The notes: a model not told the origin generated them from the letters alone. DNA of 64,000 bases from an uncultured Desulfobulbaceae bacterium (GCA_945787325.1 CALZHP010000005.1:476-64475), one strand, 5' to 3'. Shown: positions 30,026 to 40,426, counted from the stretch's first letter. A program made the numbers and translations.

Positions 30026-31708
30026 ATGCCTCATTCTGTGTTCTTTACAAAAAAAGAAATGATTGGCAACCTCCTGATCCAGAAAGGCAAGCTTCAACAA
30101 AATCAGCTTGAGAGAGCTCTTTCACATCAGGCCACCGTGCCACACCGAATTGGTGACATTCTTATATCTCTTGGTTTTATAAGTGAAGAAGATCTCCTGG
30201 CTGCGCTGGCAGAAGAACTTTCTTTAACAGTTTACACACCGGAAGATGAAGACCAATTTTTACCTATTGAAATATCCCAATTATTTCATCGCGAACATCC
30301 TTTCGCGCTGATTAAAAACAGTAGCGATCAAAATATTCTCGTTGTTTCCGATCCTCTGGATGGAGACATTCTTTCAGCTGCCGACATGCTTTCCCCCGAG
30401 CCCTTTATTGTTCAACTTATTCAGGAATCTCACCTTAAAAAAATCATGGACCAGCACTATGGTCTTTCAATAAACGAATTAAATGAAGACAATTTTACCG
30501 GTGAAGATGCAGATATTGACAAGCTTAAAGATATGGCATCTGAAGCCCCGGTTATCAAATATGTCAACAATTTAATTGATACAGCTATTAACAGAAGAGC
30601 AAGCGATATACACCTTGAACCCTTTGAAGAGGGCATGATTATCCGGTTTCGCATTGACGGCATACTTCATGATTTTGAAATTCCCCCACAATCAATTCAG
30701 GCAGCAATTATTTCCAGGACAAAACTCCTGGCTGCACTTGATATTGCCGAAAGAAGAATTCCTCAGGATGGAAAAATATCAATGCGTATTTCAGGCAAGG
30801 AAATAGATCTTCGAGTTTCTACCATGCCGACGGTATATGGAGAAGGAGTGGTCATACGAATTCTTGAAAAAGGAAATGTAATCCTCGAGATGAGCCGTCT
30901 TGGTATGAACCATGAAATAGAAGAAAGATTCAAGCAGTTAATTAAAATTCCTAACGGCATTATAATGGTTACGGGCCCAACAGGGAGTGGTAAAACAACC
31001 ACACTTTACTGTGCTCTCAACCACATCAATTCAGGTAATAACAAGATCATTACAATTGAAGACCCTGTTGAATATCAGCTTCACGGAATTAATCAGATAC
31101 AGGTGCGGCCTGAGATAGGCTTAACCTTTGCAAAGGGACTGCGGTCAATAGTTCGCCAGGATCCGGATGTTATAATGATAGGTGAAATCCGAGATTATGA
31201 TACAGCTGAAATTGCGGTTCAATCTTCTCTTACCGGTCATCTGGTATTCAGTACACTTCATACTAATGATGCAATTTCAGCTGTCGTACGCATGATCGAT
31301 ATTGGGGTTGAGCGATTTCTCATATCTTCTTCTCTGAGAGCTGTTCTAGCACAACGTCTCGTTCGATGTATATGTACTCACTGCAAGGAAAAAAAGGGTC
31401 ATGCCTCAGAAATATTAGGCTATAAACCAAATGATGAGGACTTTGAGGTATTCAAGGGTGCTGGTTGTCCACAATGTTCCAACACAGGGTATTCCGGGCG
31501 TATTGGCCTTTACGAGTTGCTTGAAATAGACGATTCATTAAGCAGAGGTATTTCGCAGGGTGTAGATTTGTCTGACCTCAAGAAAATTGCTGACGACAAT
31601 GGTTTCCACTCGATGTTTGACGATGGCCTCCAGAAAGTGAAAGAAGGGAAAACATCCCTGTCTGAAGTTATGAGGGTTTGCAGAGGAACAGAAAATGAAT
31701 CTTTATGA
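30026..31708 (+). CDS. gspE: Type II secretion ATPase
   Basis: N-terminal T2SSE_N-type domain (IGDILISLGFISEEDLLAALAEE). Walker A VTGPTGSGKTTT. Asp/His boxes. Tetracysteine motif CTHC...CPQC. Confidence 0.92.
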   Translation: MPHSVFFTKKEMIGNLLIQKGKLQQNQLERALSHQATVPHRIGDILISLGFISEEDLLAALAEELSLTVYTPEDEDQFLPIEISQLFHREHPFALIKNSSDQNILVVSDPLDGDILSAADMLSPEPFIVQLIQESHLKKIMDQHYGLSINELNEDNFTGEDADIDKLKDMASEAPVIKYVNNLIDTAINRRASDIHLEPFEEGMIIRFRIDGILHDFEIPPQSIQAAIISRTKLLAALDIAERRIPQDGKISMRISGKEIDLRVSTMPTVYGEGVVIRILEKGNVILEMSRLGMNHEIEERFKQLIKIPNGIIMVTGPTGSGKTTTLYCALNHINSGNNKIITIEDPVEYQLHGINQIQVRPEIGLTFAKGLRSIVRQDPDVIMIGEIRDYDTAEIAVQSSLTGHLVFSTLHTNDAISAVVRMIDIGVERFLISSSLRAVLAQRLVRCICTHCKEKKGHASEILGYKPNDEDFEVFKGAGCPQCSNTGYSGRIGLYELLEIDDSLSRGISQGVDLSDLKKIADDNGFHSMFDDGLQKVKEGKTSLSEVMRVCRGTENESL

Positions 31709-32912
31709 TTACACGGCGCTCGAACATGATAACACTTTAGCTGAAGGTGTCTTAGAAGATATTGACAAAGCCGCTGTAGCAAAACGACTTATAATGCAGG
31801 GCTTGAGGCCTTTGGAAATACACCCTCATACCAAGACAGGTAAATCTTCATTATTTCTTGAAAAGTTTCGTACTAGCAAAGTAACTCGCACCGATATTAA
31901 TTTTTTCACTAAACAGATTGCCCTTTTATTAAATGCAGGTCTATCGCTGGACATGTCTCTCAGGGTTATGAAAGATCAAGCGTATAAGCCCACATTTAAA
32001 GAGTTTGTTGGAATCATTGAAAGGGACCTAAAAGAAGGAAAATCTTTTTCCCAGGCACTGGCTAATCATCCAAAGCAGTTTCCACCAATGTATGTAAACC
32101 TTGTCAAGGCGGGTGAAGAAGGTGGCATCCTTCCTGCCATGCTTATAAAAACTTCTGAATACCAGTCAACATTCCAAGATCTCAGACAATTTGTGATATC
32201 AGCATCTATTTACCCTGTTATCGTAATGGTTGTTGGGATCATAGCTGTAATTATTTTACTAACAGCAATTCTGCCTAAATTTGAAATCTTGTTTTCCGGT
32301 ATAGATCAGCAGCTTCCTATTCATGTAAAGGTTATGATGGATACAGCTAATTTTTTGACGGATCATTTTTTTATATCATTCCTTATACTTGTTACTCCTA
32401 TTATTTTATTTATTGCTTATGTAAGGACTAAAGACGGCAGGAAGCAAATGGATCACCTGGCACTTCAGATTCCACTGTTATCTACATTTGTACGGGACCT
32501 GGAAACAACGAAGATTTTCAGAACTCTTGAGGTGCTAGTAAACAACGGTGTTCACTTGGCGACAGCACTTAAAATAAGCAGTGGGGTTGCCAGTAACCTG
32601 GAATTTCGCCGAATGCTTAACCGTGCCACCCAGGCACTTAAAGAAGGACAAAGAGTTGGAAAAAAAATTAAAGGTGAAGGTCTGTTACCTGGCCTTGCTG
32701 TAGATCTGCTGTCTATTGGGGAAGAATCGGGAGAGGTTGGCCATGTCTGCGGCCAAGTTGCAGACCATTATGAAAACGAATTACGTGTTAAAATCAAACG
32801 ACTCGTTTCCATTATAGAGCCTTTCTTTATCGTGATTATTGCCATTGTTACCGGCTATGTGGTTATTTCCATGCTTTCTGTAATTCTCAGTATCAACGAA
32901 ATCGCCGGATGA
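31695..32912 (+). CDS. gspF: Type II secretion inner-membrane platform protein
   Basis: 405 aa with duplicated GspF/PilC-type domains (FTKQIALLLNAGLSLDMSL; FRTLEVLVNNGVHLATAL) and three TM segments. It overlaps the gspE end. Confidence 0.9.
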   Translation: MNLYDYTALEHDNTLAEGVLEDIDKAAVAKRLIMQGLRPLEIHPHTKTGKSSLFLEKFRTSKVTRTDINFFTKQIALLLNAGLSLDMSLRVMKDQAYKPTFKEFVGIIERDLKEGKSFSQALANHPKQFPPMYVNLVKAGEEGGILPAMLIKTSEYQSTFQDLRQFVISASIYPVIVMVVGIIAVIILLTAILPKFEILFSGIDQQLPIHVKVMMDTANFLTDHFFISFLILVTPIILFIAYVRTKDGRKQMDHLALQIPLLSTFVRDLETTKIFRTLEVLVNNGVHLATALKISSGVASNLEFRRMLNRATQALKEGQRVGKKIKGEGLLPGLAVDLLSIGEESGEVGHVCGQVADHYENELRVKIKRLVSIIEPFFIVIIAIVTGYVVISMLSVILSINEIAG

Positions 32913-33403
32913 TTAATATGCCGACGTTTTTCCCTTTCTGTAAAATAAAATCCAGATCAAATCCATTAAACAGGCAGGGTAAAGAAGCACGCTTATCAGG
33001 TTTTTCATTATTTGAACTGCTCATTGTACTTCTCATACTGGGAATAATATCAACAGTTGCGATTCCCGGCATTTCTCGCATGTTAAACAAACTGGAATTC
33101 AGAAGACAGACACAGTTGGTTATGGCCACTTTACGATACGCCAGGTTGATATCCGTATCAAAAGGCAAGGAAGTTCATGTTGTCTTAGATCCGGACAACA
33201 ACAAATCAATGCTTTTAAGCGGTGCCGTTGATGAAATAAGAGAATTTGATTTTGGTGAAGATGGCAATATAACAATTGAACCTCCAAGAATTATTTTTCT
33301 TGCAGAAAGCCATGTAACACCAGCAACCATCCTTATAAATCAAGGGAAAAGAACCGTGAAGATTTTTATGGATCCACTGACGGCAATGCCGATAATGGAA
33401 TGA
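32909..33403 (+). CDS. gspH: Minor pseudopilin, GspH/FimT-like
   Basis: Prepilin-type motif SG|FSLFELLIVLLILGIISTVAIPG followed by RYARLISVSKGKEV, typical of GspH. ATGA overlap with gspF. Confidence 0.65.
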   Translation: MINMPTFFPFCKIKSRSNPLNRQGKEARLSGFSLFELLIVLLILGIISTVAIPGISRMLNKLEFRRQTQLVMATLRYARLISVSKGKEVHVVLDPDNNKSMLLSGAVDEIREFDFGEDGNITIEPPRIIFLAESHVTPATILINQGKRTVKIFMDPLTAMPIME

Positions 33404-33417
33404 ACCTTGCTGAATAA

Positions 33418-33969
33418 ATGAAGAACTTATTTACCCAAAAAGGTTTTACTTTAATAGAGCTTTTGGTTGCCGTCCTGCTTTTAGCAATGATTACCACCAT
33501 GGTTTATTCGATATTGAATGTTGGAATCAGAGCCCAGGATAAAGGAGGAAAAAAGCTGCTTGCCATGGAAAGGCAATTAGGACTTCTAAACCTCCTCCAT
33601 CACCAGGTGAATAGTGCTTGGTACGATGTCATGAAAGATGAAATCACAATTTCTTCGGATGGTAATTACCTTAGAATCATAACCCGATATCCGTTAATTA
33701 ACAGATCCTCGGGTATTGTATTGGCTATGTATCGTTATGATGAGGGCGAACAGACACTCTATTACCTGGAAAAAAAGGACTACTATAATATCGATTATGA
33801 TGATGAATACTTACCGGCAATTGATGAGATGTACTTTCTTACTAAAACAGATGGATCATTTTTCATGGAATACGATTCTGAAGAAGGAAATTTATTGGTT
33901 GAATATTTGGAAAATCAGTATGTCTTGTTACCGCGTTGTGGCTTTAACCCTTATGTTATTAATAAATAA
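33418..33969 (+). CDS. Minor pseudopilin, GspJ-like
   Basis: N-terminal KG|FTLIELLVAVLLLAMITTMVYS prepilin motif. 183 aa. Confidence 0.6.
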   Translation: MKNLFTQKGFTLIELLVAVLLLAMITTMVYSILNVGIRAQDKGGKKLLAMERQLGLLNLLHHQVNSAWYDVMKDEITISSDGNYLRIITRYPLINRSSGIVLAMYRYDEGEQTLYYLEKKDYYNIDYDDEYLPAIDEMYFLTKTDGSFFMEYDSEEGNLLVEYLENQYVLLPRCGFNPYVINK

Positions 33970-33979
33970 ATTCAACTTT

Positions 33980-34336
33980 ATGGATTATGGTGGAATGTTC
34001 AATAAGATTAAATCTTTTCATTTAAATGTCAGGGATGAAAAACAGGGCTTTACACTGCTTGAAGTTCTGGTTGCGGTTACCATACTTGGCCTAGCATATG
34101 TAGCTATATTACAGAATTTTTCTGTTTCAACCAGGAACATAATCCGACTCGAAAAAAATATGACTAGTGTCCTGGAAAGATCAATAGCATTTGATCAGGC
34201 ACTTATGGACCCAGAGAGTGAAGAATATGATATAGCAGAATCTGAAACACCTTTTTTAGAAGGTTTGCTGTTTAACCTGGTGGTGATATCAGACAAACAG
34301 GGCGATTACTCTACCTTAAAACTTTCAAGAAGGTAG
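33980..34336 (+). CDS. Minor pseudopilin, GspI-like
   Basis: QG|FTLLEVLVAVTILGLAYVAILQNF prepilin motif. The track ORF 33716-34336 extends upstream into the previous gene; I trimmed it to the ATG at 33980 (alternative 33995). Confidence 0.55.
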   Translation: MDYGGMFNKIKSFHLNVRDEKQGFTLLEVLVAVTILGLAYVAILQNFSVSTRNIIRLEKNMTSVLERSIAFDQALMDPESEEYDIAESETPFLEGLLFNLVVISDKQGDYSTLKLSRR

Positions 34337-34349
34337 CTCTGTATTAATT

Positions 34350-35360
34350 ATGACAAATGAATTGAGCATAGTTTTTAATATGTGTTTTTTGTACGCAAAA
34401 AATGATCACAGGCAAAATGAAAAGGGCTTTGCGCTTATTATAGTAATTGTAGCTATGCTCCTTGCCAGCTTTCTTGCTTCACAACTGATTTTACAGGTAC
34501 GTACAAATTTGAAAATAGCCGATAATGTAAAAAAAAGAACTGCAACACGATACACATCAGAGGCTGGTATAAACCTTGGTCTTTTCAGACTTATGGACAG
34601 ACCATTGGATTTTTATAATGAAGAATATAAAATTTTTAATCTGGGCTATATTTATGAAACTGAAATATCCGGCAGAACAGTCAGTTATTATGCGGTTAAC
34701 GAAACCGGAAAAATTGATTTAAATAATGCGCCACGTAAACTGTTAGAACTTTATTTTGAATATCAAGGGCTCGATCCCGACCAAACGGCAACTTTAATTG
34801 ACTCCATACTGGATTGGAGAGATACTGATGATTTGAATAGATTAAACGGAGCTGAACAGGAATATTACCAGGGTTTAGAAGATCCTTATATTCCAAGAAA
34901 CGGCAATATTCGTGATCCTGGTGAGTTTTTTATGATAAAAGGGTCTGAACCACTATCTGGAAAAATTGTATCGGATGAAGTGTTTACGATACATAATAAG
35001 CAGAAGAAAATTAACTTTAACAGCCTGACTCCTTCTATGCTTGAATTTATAACGGGTGGAGATCAAGAAACAATAGATGCCTATAAAGAATCACAGGAGA
35101 CATATGGTAAGTTATCAGCTGTCCAGGCAAAGCTAATTCTGGGTGATGAAAGATTTAGCCTACTTAGCCCATATTTGATATATACGAACGGCCAAAACAG
35201 AAATTATTTTATTGTCGGTTTAAGCAAGTCGAGTTACTCTCTCAGTCCAACTGATGAAAAAATTGAAAAAAAACATGGACCTGGAACAAAAATAAGCGTT
35301 ATTATCGTTCTGGATAAGTATGGTTATAAATACTTATCCTGGAAGGAAAGTCTTATATGA
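34350..35360 (+). CDS. gspK: Minor pseudopilin GspK-like
   Basis: N-terminal hydrophobic KGFALIIVIVAMLLASFLAS. Motifs GKIDLNNAP, ILDWRDTDD and GAEQEYYQGL are typical of GspK. Confidence 0.7.
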   Translation: MTNELSIVFNMCFLYAKNDHRQNEKGFALIIVIVAMLLASFLASQLILQVRTNLKIADNVKKRTATRYTSEAGINLGLFRLMDRPLDFYNEEYKIFNLGYIYETEISGRTVSYYAVNETGKIDLNNAPRKLLELYFEYQGLDPDQTATLIDSILDWRDTDDLNRLNGAEQEYYQGLEDPYIPRNGNIRDPGEFFMIKGSEPLSGKIVSDEVFTIHNKQKKINFNSLTPSMLEFITGGDQETIDAYKESQETYGKLSAVQAKLILGDERFSLLSPYLIYTNGQNRNYFIVGLSKSSYSLSPTDEKIEKKHGPGTKISVIIVLDKYGYKYLSWKESLI

Positions 35361-36502
35361 AAGATGCTCTCGAAATAATCATTGAGAAAAACGGTGTTAA
35401 CATTTGTCACCCATTCTCTAATGATGCAGATATGTTTATTGATAATAAAAGTCTGCTGGGTGAAAGGTTGCTCGCCTATTGTTCAAGGAACAATATATCT
35501 TTTAGCAAGGTTTCATTATTTGTATCAGAAGAGCTGCTTTTTTTTAAATCTATAAATCTTCCTCTTAAAACACGTGATATAAAACAAGCTGTCGAATATC
35601 AACTTGATATGCTGATACCGTTTCCAAAAGAAACGATGCTCTTCAGTTATACTAACGAGCGGTTAAAAGAAAACTACAGGTTGAACCTTGTTGCTGTTAA
35701 TAAACAACTTGTGGAGCCTGTCGCACAGGAAGTGTCTAATGCCGGTTATATCATTACCGGCCTATTTCCAGAAAGCCAAAGATATATCAACCGCCTGGCA
35801 CAGAAGTCTAAATGGGCACTTGTTTTGCCTGGGAGATTTTCCAAGGTTTATACTTTTATAGGATCTCAACTTGAAGATCGTTTCCTGTGTGGCAAGGAGC
35901 CATCTTTTTCAGAACTGACTTCTCTTTGTAAATGTGACACAATTTATCATCAGCAACCCGTACAAGGCAGCAGGTACCAAAATGCCAGAGAACTCCTTGA
36001 GCAGAATCCAATACTTAAAGATTTCAACATGCTGCCGGAATCTTTCCGTCAACCAGACTATTTTAAAGTTGCAATTGTTGCTTTGATAGGTCTTAACCTC
36101 GCAGCATTATTAGTTCTGGGCGGGATAAAAGGATTTTCTTTAATACGAGCAGATAATAAAGTTGAAAACGCAATTAGCGAAATTATGCCACAAGTTAATG
36201 AGGTTAACAAATTGCGTTCCAAAGAAGATATGCTTTTAAAGAACCTGAACACTGTAGAAAGTATAAGTAAGAATCCAGACCTTATTGGTTTTTTAAAGAA
36301 CCTTTCCGAAAAGTTGCCTGAATCATCATATCTGGATCAGATGCGAATGGACAAGAAAAGCAGATCGTTTCATATTCAGGGTTATACAGAGAATGTTGGT
36401 GAATTGACTACTCAACTTCAATCCATAGGTGAGTCAAAGCTTAAATCAACAAGTCGCAGGAGAAACAGAACATACTTTCAGGTGGAGATCAGCCTGCCAT
36501 GA
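35357..36502 (+). CDS. GspL-like / PilM-PilN-type bitopic assembly protein
   Basis: The ~230-aa cytoplasmic part is followed by a single TM segment (FKVAIVALIGLNLAALLVLGGI) and a ~130-aa periplasmic part. Position between gspK and a GspM-like gene, with start overlapping gspK. The call rests on architecture, not on motifs. Confidence 0.5.
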   Translation: MKDALEIIIEKNGVNICHPFSNDADMFIDNKSLLGERLLAYCSRNNISFSKVSLFVSEELLFFKSINLPLKTRDIKQAVEYQLDMLIPFPKETMLFSYTNERLKENYRLNLVAVNKQLVEPVAQEVSNAGYIITGLFPESQRYINRLAQKSKWALVLPGRFSKVYTFIGSQLEDRFLCGKEPSFSELTSLCKCDTIYHQQPVQGSRYQNARELLEQNPILKDFNMLPESFRQPDYFKVAIVALIGLNLAALLVLGGIKGFSLIRADNKVENAISEIMPQVNEVNKLRSKEDMLLKNLNTVESISKNPDLIGFLKNLSEKLPESSYLDQMRMDKKSRSFHIQGYTENVGELTTQLQSIGESKLKSTSRRRNRTYFQVEISLP

Positions 36503-37056
36503 CATACATTCTACAAAGGATAAAGAGTTATAGCACAAGAACGCTTCTTATTGCTTTTGCCGTGTTATTGCTCGTTCTAAACATTGGTCGTTTTGCAATA
36601 AATTATTATTCAGATAAAAAAATCGAAGTCACTAGTAAGTTTGATCTTCTTGAAAAATACAGATCCGCAGCCAATACTCTTCCGGCTCTTAAAAAAAGAG
36701 TTGAGGTCTTAGAGAAACAGCAAAAAGAGAATGACACCTATTTTTTTGCAGGCAAATCCGGTGAAGAAGCGTCATCATCCATGCAGTTAAAACTTCAGGA
36801 AAATATAAGTTCATCAGGCCTGGTTCTTGAAACTCTACGACCCTCATTTAAAAAGGAAAGTTCCGAAGAAAAAAATATAGGAGAAGTGCAAATTAAAATA
36901 AGGCTTTCCGGCTCAATTGATGGTTTTGGCCGTTTTATATCGAGCATATATGAGTCCGATAAGCTTTTTCAAATTGAAAGTTTTACACTAAAGCCTTTCA
37001 AAGGATCAGGCCTAAAAATTTTCCTGGATTTGAAGGGTTATTATAAGATCTCATAA
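36499..37056 (+). CDS. GspM/PilO-like bitopic assembly protein
   Basis: 185 aa with an N-terminal TM segment (LLIAFAVLLLVLNIG), a coiled-coil-like segment and a ferredoxin-like-sized C-domain. Start overlaps the previous gene. Confidence 0.45.
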   Translation: MTYILQRIKSYSTRTLLIAFAVLLLVLNIGRFAINYYSDKKIEVTSKFDLLEKYRSAANTLPALKKRVEVLEKQQKENDTYFFAGKSGEEASSSMQLKLQENISSSGLVLETLRPSFKKESSEEKNIGEVQIKIRLSGSIDGFGRFISSIYESDKLFQIESFTLKPFKGSGLKIFLDLKGYYKIS

Positions 37057-37092
37057 TAACGGTTTGTTGAATTATTAATATTATTTGAAATT

Positions 37093-37869
37093 ATGTTACG
37101 AATTACATTAATCGCAGTTCTGGTATTATCTTTTTTCTATTTGGTGAAAGCCGGTACGATCAGTTGGCAATATGAATCAGATGAAAAAGAAATTATTTCA
37201 AAGAAAGCAGAATCTAACCAAAAGCTGTTAACTAAAAAGATAAGCTTCTATCCTGCTGTTTCAGACCCTTTACCAGATCTTAATGAAGGGTATCTCTTCA
37301 GTGAATCACGGCAAGCGGAGGTAGTCGATTCTGTAGGTATAACTGATTCTGAAGCTGCAGATAGTAATATTGATTTGGATGTAATTATGTATACCGGTTC
37401 AATAATAACACCAACTGCTCGTAAAGGTATAGTAACTTACCAGGTAAAGGAAAAAGTTGTTCGTCGAGGTTCAAGCCGTATCAGAGGAAAGGTAGCAATT
37501 ACTAAATCCGAAAACAAGCTACTTGTTCTGGGAGATTCTATTGACGGGTACGAGGTCAACGAGATTTTACCCGAAAAAATAGTATTTGTTAAAGGTGAAG
37601 ATACTGTTGAAAAACCTTTATACGATCCTGATAAGGTGAGAAAAACTCCGCCTCAACCAGCACGTAAAAAGAAAAAAGCAGCTACTGTTAAGAAACCCAC
37701 TGCTCCAGTTGTCAGAACTTCGCCAGGCACTAAAGCAACTGCAAAATCACCTGTTGACACAAAAAAAACTAGGCAACCTGGTATAATATCTCCAAGAATA
37801 CGCAGGCCACCCGCTGCTAGTCGCTTAGTCCCTTCGACTGGTCGACTACCCAGGCCTTCTGATCCATGA
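37093..37869 (+). CDS. T2SS-associated bitopic protein of unknown function with basic Pro-rich tail (possible GspC/PilP/GspN substitute)
   Basis: N-terminal TM segment (ITLIAVLVLSFFYLV). C-terminus reads KKKKAATVKKPTAPVVRTSPGTKATAKSPVDTKKTRQPGIISPRIRRPPAASR. It lies between the gspM-like gene and gspD. Confidence 0.35.
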   Translation: MLRITLIAVLVLSFFYLVKAGTISWQYESDEKEIISKKAESNQKLLTKKISFYPAVSDPLPDLNEGYLFSESRQAEVVDSVGITDSEAADSNIDLDVIMYTGSIITPTARKGIVTYQVKEKVVRRGSSRIRGKVAITKSENKLLVLGDSIDGYEVNEILPEKIVFVKGEDTVEKPLYDPDKVRKTPPQPARKKKKAATVKKPTAPVVRTSPGTKATAKSPVDTKKTRQPGIISPRIRRPPAASRLVPSTGRLPRPSDP

Positions 37870-37967
37870 TAAATATTGAAAATAATAGTCTTATATATAG
37901 AAATTTGTTAATTATTTTTTTATAAATCAATGATGATTCCAATATACATTTCTTTTGAAGGTGAATT

Positions 37968-40148
37968 ATGCGATTTAAAATAATCGTTTCAACACTTCTT
38001 TTCTTAAACATTTTTATCATTTCAGGATGCACTCCACCTAAATATTCTGACCAGAGAATGGTTAGCAAGGTTGATATTTCTGAGATAAGCAAAAAAATAT
38101 CAAGAGAAGATGCAAAAAGTGCCCTGTTAGATGTATCTGAGACAGTTGAAAAAGAGCCTCCGGGTCCGAAAATTAAAGATTTATCTGTAGAAACCTTTGA
38201 TAGAAATCCTTACCTCGACAACGTTTCAGTCCCAAAAAAAAGAAAATTACCTAAAGCTGTTGAAGGTGAAGGAATACTTCTTAACTTTGACAATGCAGAT
38301 ATATACGAAGTAATTCAGGTCATTGCTGAAACATTAGGCCTGAATTATATAATCGATCCCCAGGTTAAAGGTATTGTTAATATACGTTCCGGACAAAAGA
38401 TTCCTATGAATCAGCTATCTGTACTTTTTCGGAAAATCCTTAATATAAATGGATTGGATATCAGGCAGGAGGGAGAATACGAGTATATATTTGTTTCGAA
38501 TAAGCTTGCTTCACAAAACTTTTTTGGGCCTGGCCAGATGGGCGATCTCAAAAAATCACCCAGAATGGTTATCCAGGTATTGCCGTTGATGTACATGTCA
38601 TCGACAGAAGCCATGCAGCTTATCGAACCTTATATATCCGAACAGGGATCTGTCCACAATCTAACCAGCTCAAACACGCTTATAATTACTGATTTCGAAT
38701 CAAAAGTTATAGATTCATTAATGCTCCTTAGTCGTATTGACATTTCCCCTCTTTCATCTCTTAAGGTTCGCCTGGTTAAAATTGAAAACGCACCACTCTT
38801 TGACTTGCGTGATGAGTTACTTGAAATCCTTTCAGCACTTCAAATAAACAAAAAAGACCGTGATGCCATATCAGTAATTCCTCTTGAAAGAGTAAATTCT
38901 ATTTTATTGGTCAGCAATAACAGAAAGCTCATTGAGAGTGCAGAAGAGTGGGTAAGTGAACTTGATGTTGTTCCAACTCAGGGTAGAGATAACATATATA
39001 TATATAATGTAAGAAACTCAGTTGCATCAGATCTTGCTGATCTGGTTAATACTTTAATTAGTGACCAGGGGGATGGCAAAACATCCCAAACAAGAAGACC
39101 GGCACCTATTAGACCGGCTTCAGCAACAGAAGATTCGACAACACGGGCTGCTGCTCCTTCAACAGCTTCCAGAGGTGTCAGTTCTGGAGAAACATCTTCT
39201 TCTTTGCATTTTGCTGGTGAACCAGTTCTTATAGCAGATGACAGCCGCAACATTATTCTCTTGAGGGCTCTACCTGTTGATTATTCAAGGCTGGCCAAAC
39301 TTCTTGAACGGCTTGACAACTTACCGCGTCAGGTACTTATTGAAGTTTTGGTAGCCGAAGTGACACTAAGTGACGGGTGGGAGTTTGGTATTGAGTGGGC
39401 GTTGAAAGACAATAATCTAAATATAAATCATCATGATTACACCCAGACTTACAGTACAGAATTCGACCAAGTGGCTGCAGGTGCACTTGGAGGTTTCAGC
39501 TACAGTGCTATAAGTAATAGCGGTAGACTGATTACAGTTCTAAATGCACTTGCTGATAAAGATGATGTTTCAATACTTTCTTCTCCACAGGTGCTGGTAT
39601 TAAACAATGAAACAGCAACAGTTAATGTAGGTCAAGAAGTTCCTATTGTTACCACAGAAACCATTAATGACGATGTTAACACCAACAATACCAGAACCGT
39701 TCAATATCGTGATACTGGTATTATTTTAAATGTTACGCCAAGAATTAACTATGACGGTATTATTATACTTGATATCGACCAGCAAGTAAGTGAAGCATTG
39801 ACAGAAAACGTGACATCGGGCATAGACTCACCCGTTATCACATCCCGAGAACTCAAAACAAAACTTGCCGTAAAAGATGGACAATCCATTTTGATGGGAG
39901 GATTAATTGAAAGAAAAACTGAAAGTGGTGAAGTTGGGGTTCCATTGTTGAAGGACATACCTGTTTTGGGATGGCTTTTTAAATATCAAACCGAGACAAA
40001 CGATAAAACTGAACTGGTAATAATGATTACTCCATATGTTATTGAATCTGAAGATGTACTAGATCAGTACATAAGCCAGTTTAAATTAAAGATGGATGAG
40101 CTGCGGGGAGAGTTAACTGGCGCTGAAAGTCAAATTATGACCCAATAA
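37968..40148 (+). CDS. gspD: Type II secretion outer-membrane secretin (lipoprotein-type signal)
   Basis: Lipobox IISGC. N0 domain LNFDNADIYEVIQVIAETLGLNYIIDPQVKG. Secretin domain SSPQVLVLNNETATVNVGQEVPIVT...GIPLLKDIPVLGWLFK. Confidence 0.9.
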   Translation: MRFKIIVSTLLFLNIFIISGCTPPKYSDQRMVSKVDISEISKKISREDAKSALLDVSETVEKEPPGPKIKDLSVETFDRNPYLDNVSVPKKRKLPKAVEGEGILLNFDNADIYEVIQVIAETLGLNYIIDPQVKGIVNIRSGQKIPMNQLSVLFRKILNINGLDIRQEGEYEYIFVSNKLASQNFFGPGQMGDLKKSPRMVIQVLPLMYMSSTEAMQLIEPYISEQGSVHNLTSSNTLIITDFESKVIDSLMLLSRIDISPLSSLKVRLVKIENAPLFDLRDELLEILSALQINKKDRDAISVIPLERVNSILLVSNNRKLIESAEEWVSELDVVPTQGRDNIYIYNVRNSVASDLADLVNTLISDQGDGKTSQTRRPAPIRPASATEDSTTRAAAPSTASRGVSSGETSSSLHFAGEPVLIADDSRNIILLRALPVDYSRLAKLLERLDNLPRQVLIEVLVAEVTLSDGWEFGIEWALKDNNLNINHHDYTQTYSTEFDQVAAGALGGFSYSAISNSGRLITVLNALADKDDVSILSSPQVLVLNNETATVNVGQEVPIVTTETINDDVNTNNTRTVQYRDTGIILNVTPRINYDGIIILDIDQQVSEALTENVTSGIDSPVITSRELKTKLAVKDGQSILMGGLIERKTESGEVGVPLLKDIPVLGWLFKYQTETNDKTELVIMITPYVIESEDVLDQYISQFKLKMDELRGELTGAESQIMTQ

Positions 40149-40174
40149 AACATTCTATATAAATATTATATAAT

Positions 40175-40210
40175 AGCCTTACGTTAAGCAACGTTAGGCT
40201 GTTTTTATTT
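40175..40210 (+). terminator. Rho-independent terminator after gspD
   Basis: Stem agccttacgt / acgttaggct (9 of 10 bp) with loop taagca, followed by gtttttattt. Confidence 0.65.
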
Positions 40211-40228
40211 CTAACTAATAAATCATTC

Positions 40229-40426
40229 AACGCCATCTGTTGAACCACTAGCCCACTTCCCTTTAATAACCCATTATTTTTTTATAACAGACTGCGGGCG
40301 CAGTCTGTTATAACGTCCTTGATAGGTGGAGTGCGAGCGAATCCACAAGGGTGTTCTTTCCGAAGTGTTCAACTGTAGGCGATAAGTGAAACCGGTGAGT
40401 GATATCGAGCGGTCTCACTTATCAGT
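40229..40426 (-). repeat. ~195-nt structured repeat, copy A (inverted relative to copy B at 46271-46465)
   Basis: The reverse complement aligns by eye along its whole length with 46271-46465. Both copies share the start tgataagtgagaccgc...cacttatcgcc and the end ...caacag..ggcgtt. Copy A contains a 13-bp perfect hairpin (40283-40312) and a 12-13 bp hairpin gataagtgaaacc/ggtctcacttatc. Confidence 0.7.

Noticed and set aside
33716-33979. Upstream extension of the GspI-like ORF, overlapping the GspJ-like gene by ~250 nt.
   Set aside because: The prepilin motif (QG|FTLLEV) lies about 20 codons after the ATG at 33980-33995, the normal distance. The extension would place ~100 unrelated residues before the leader.
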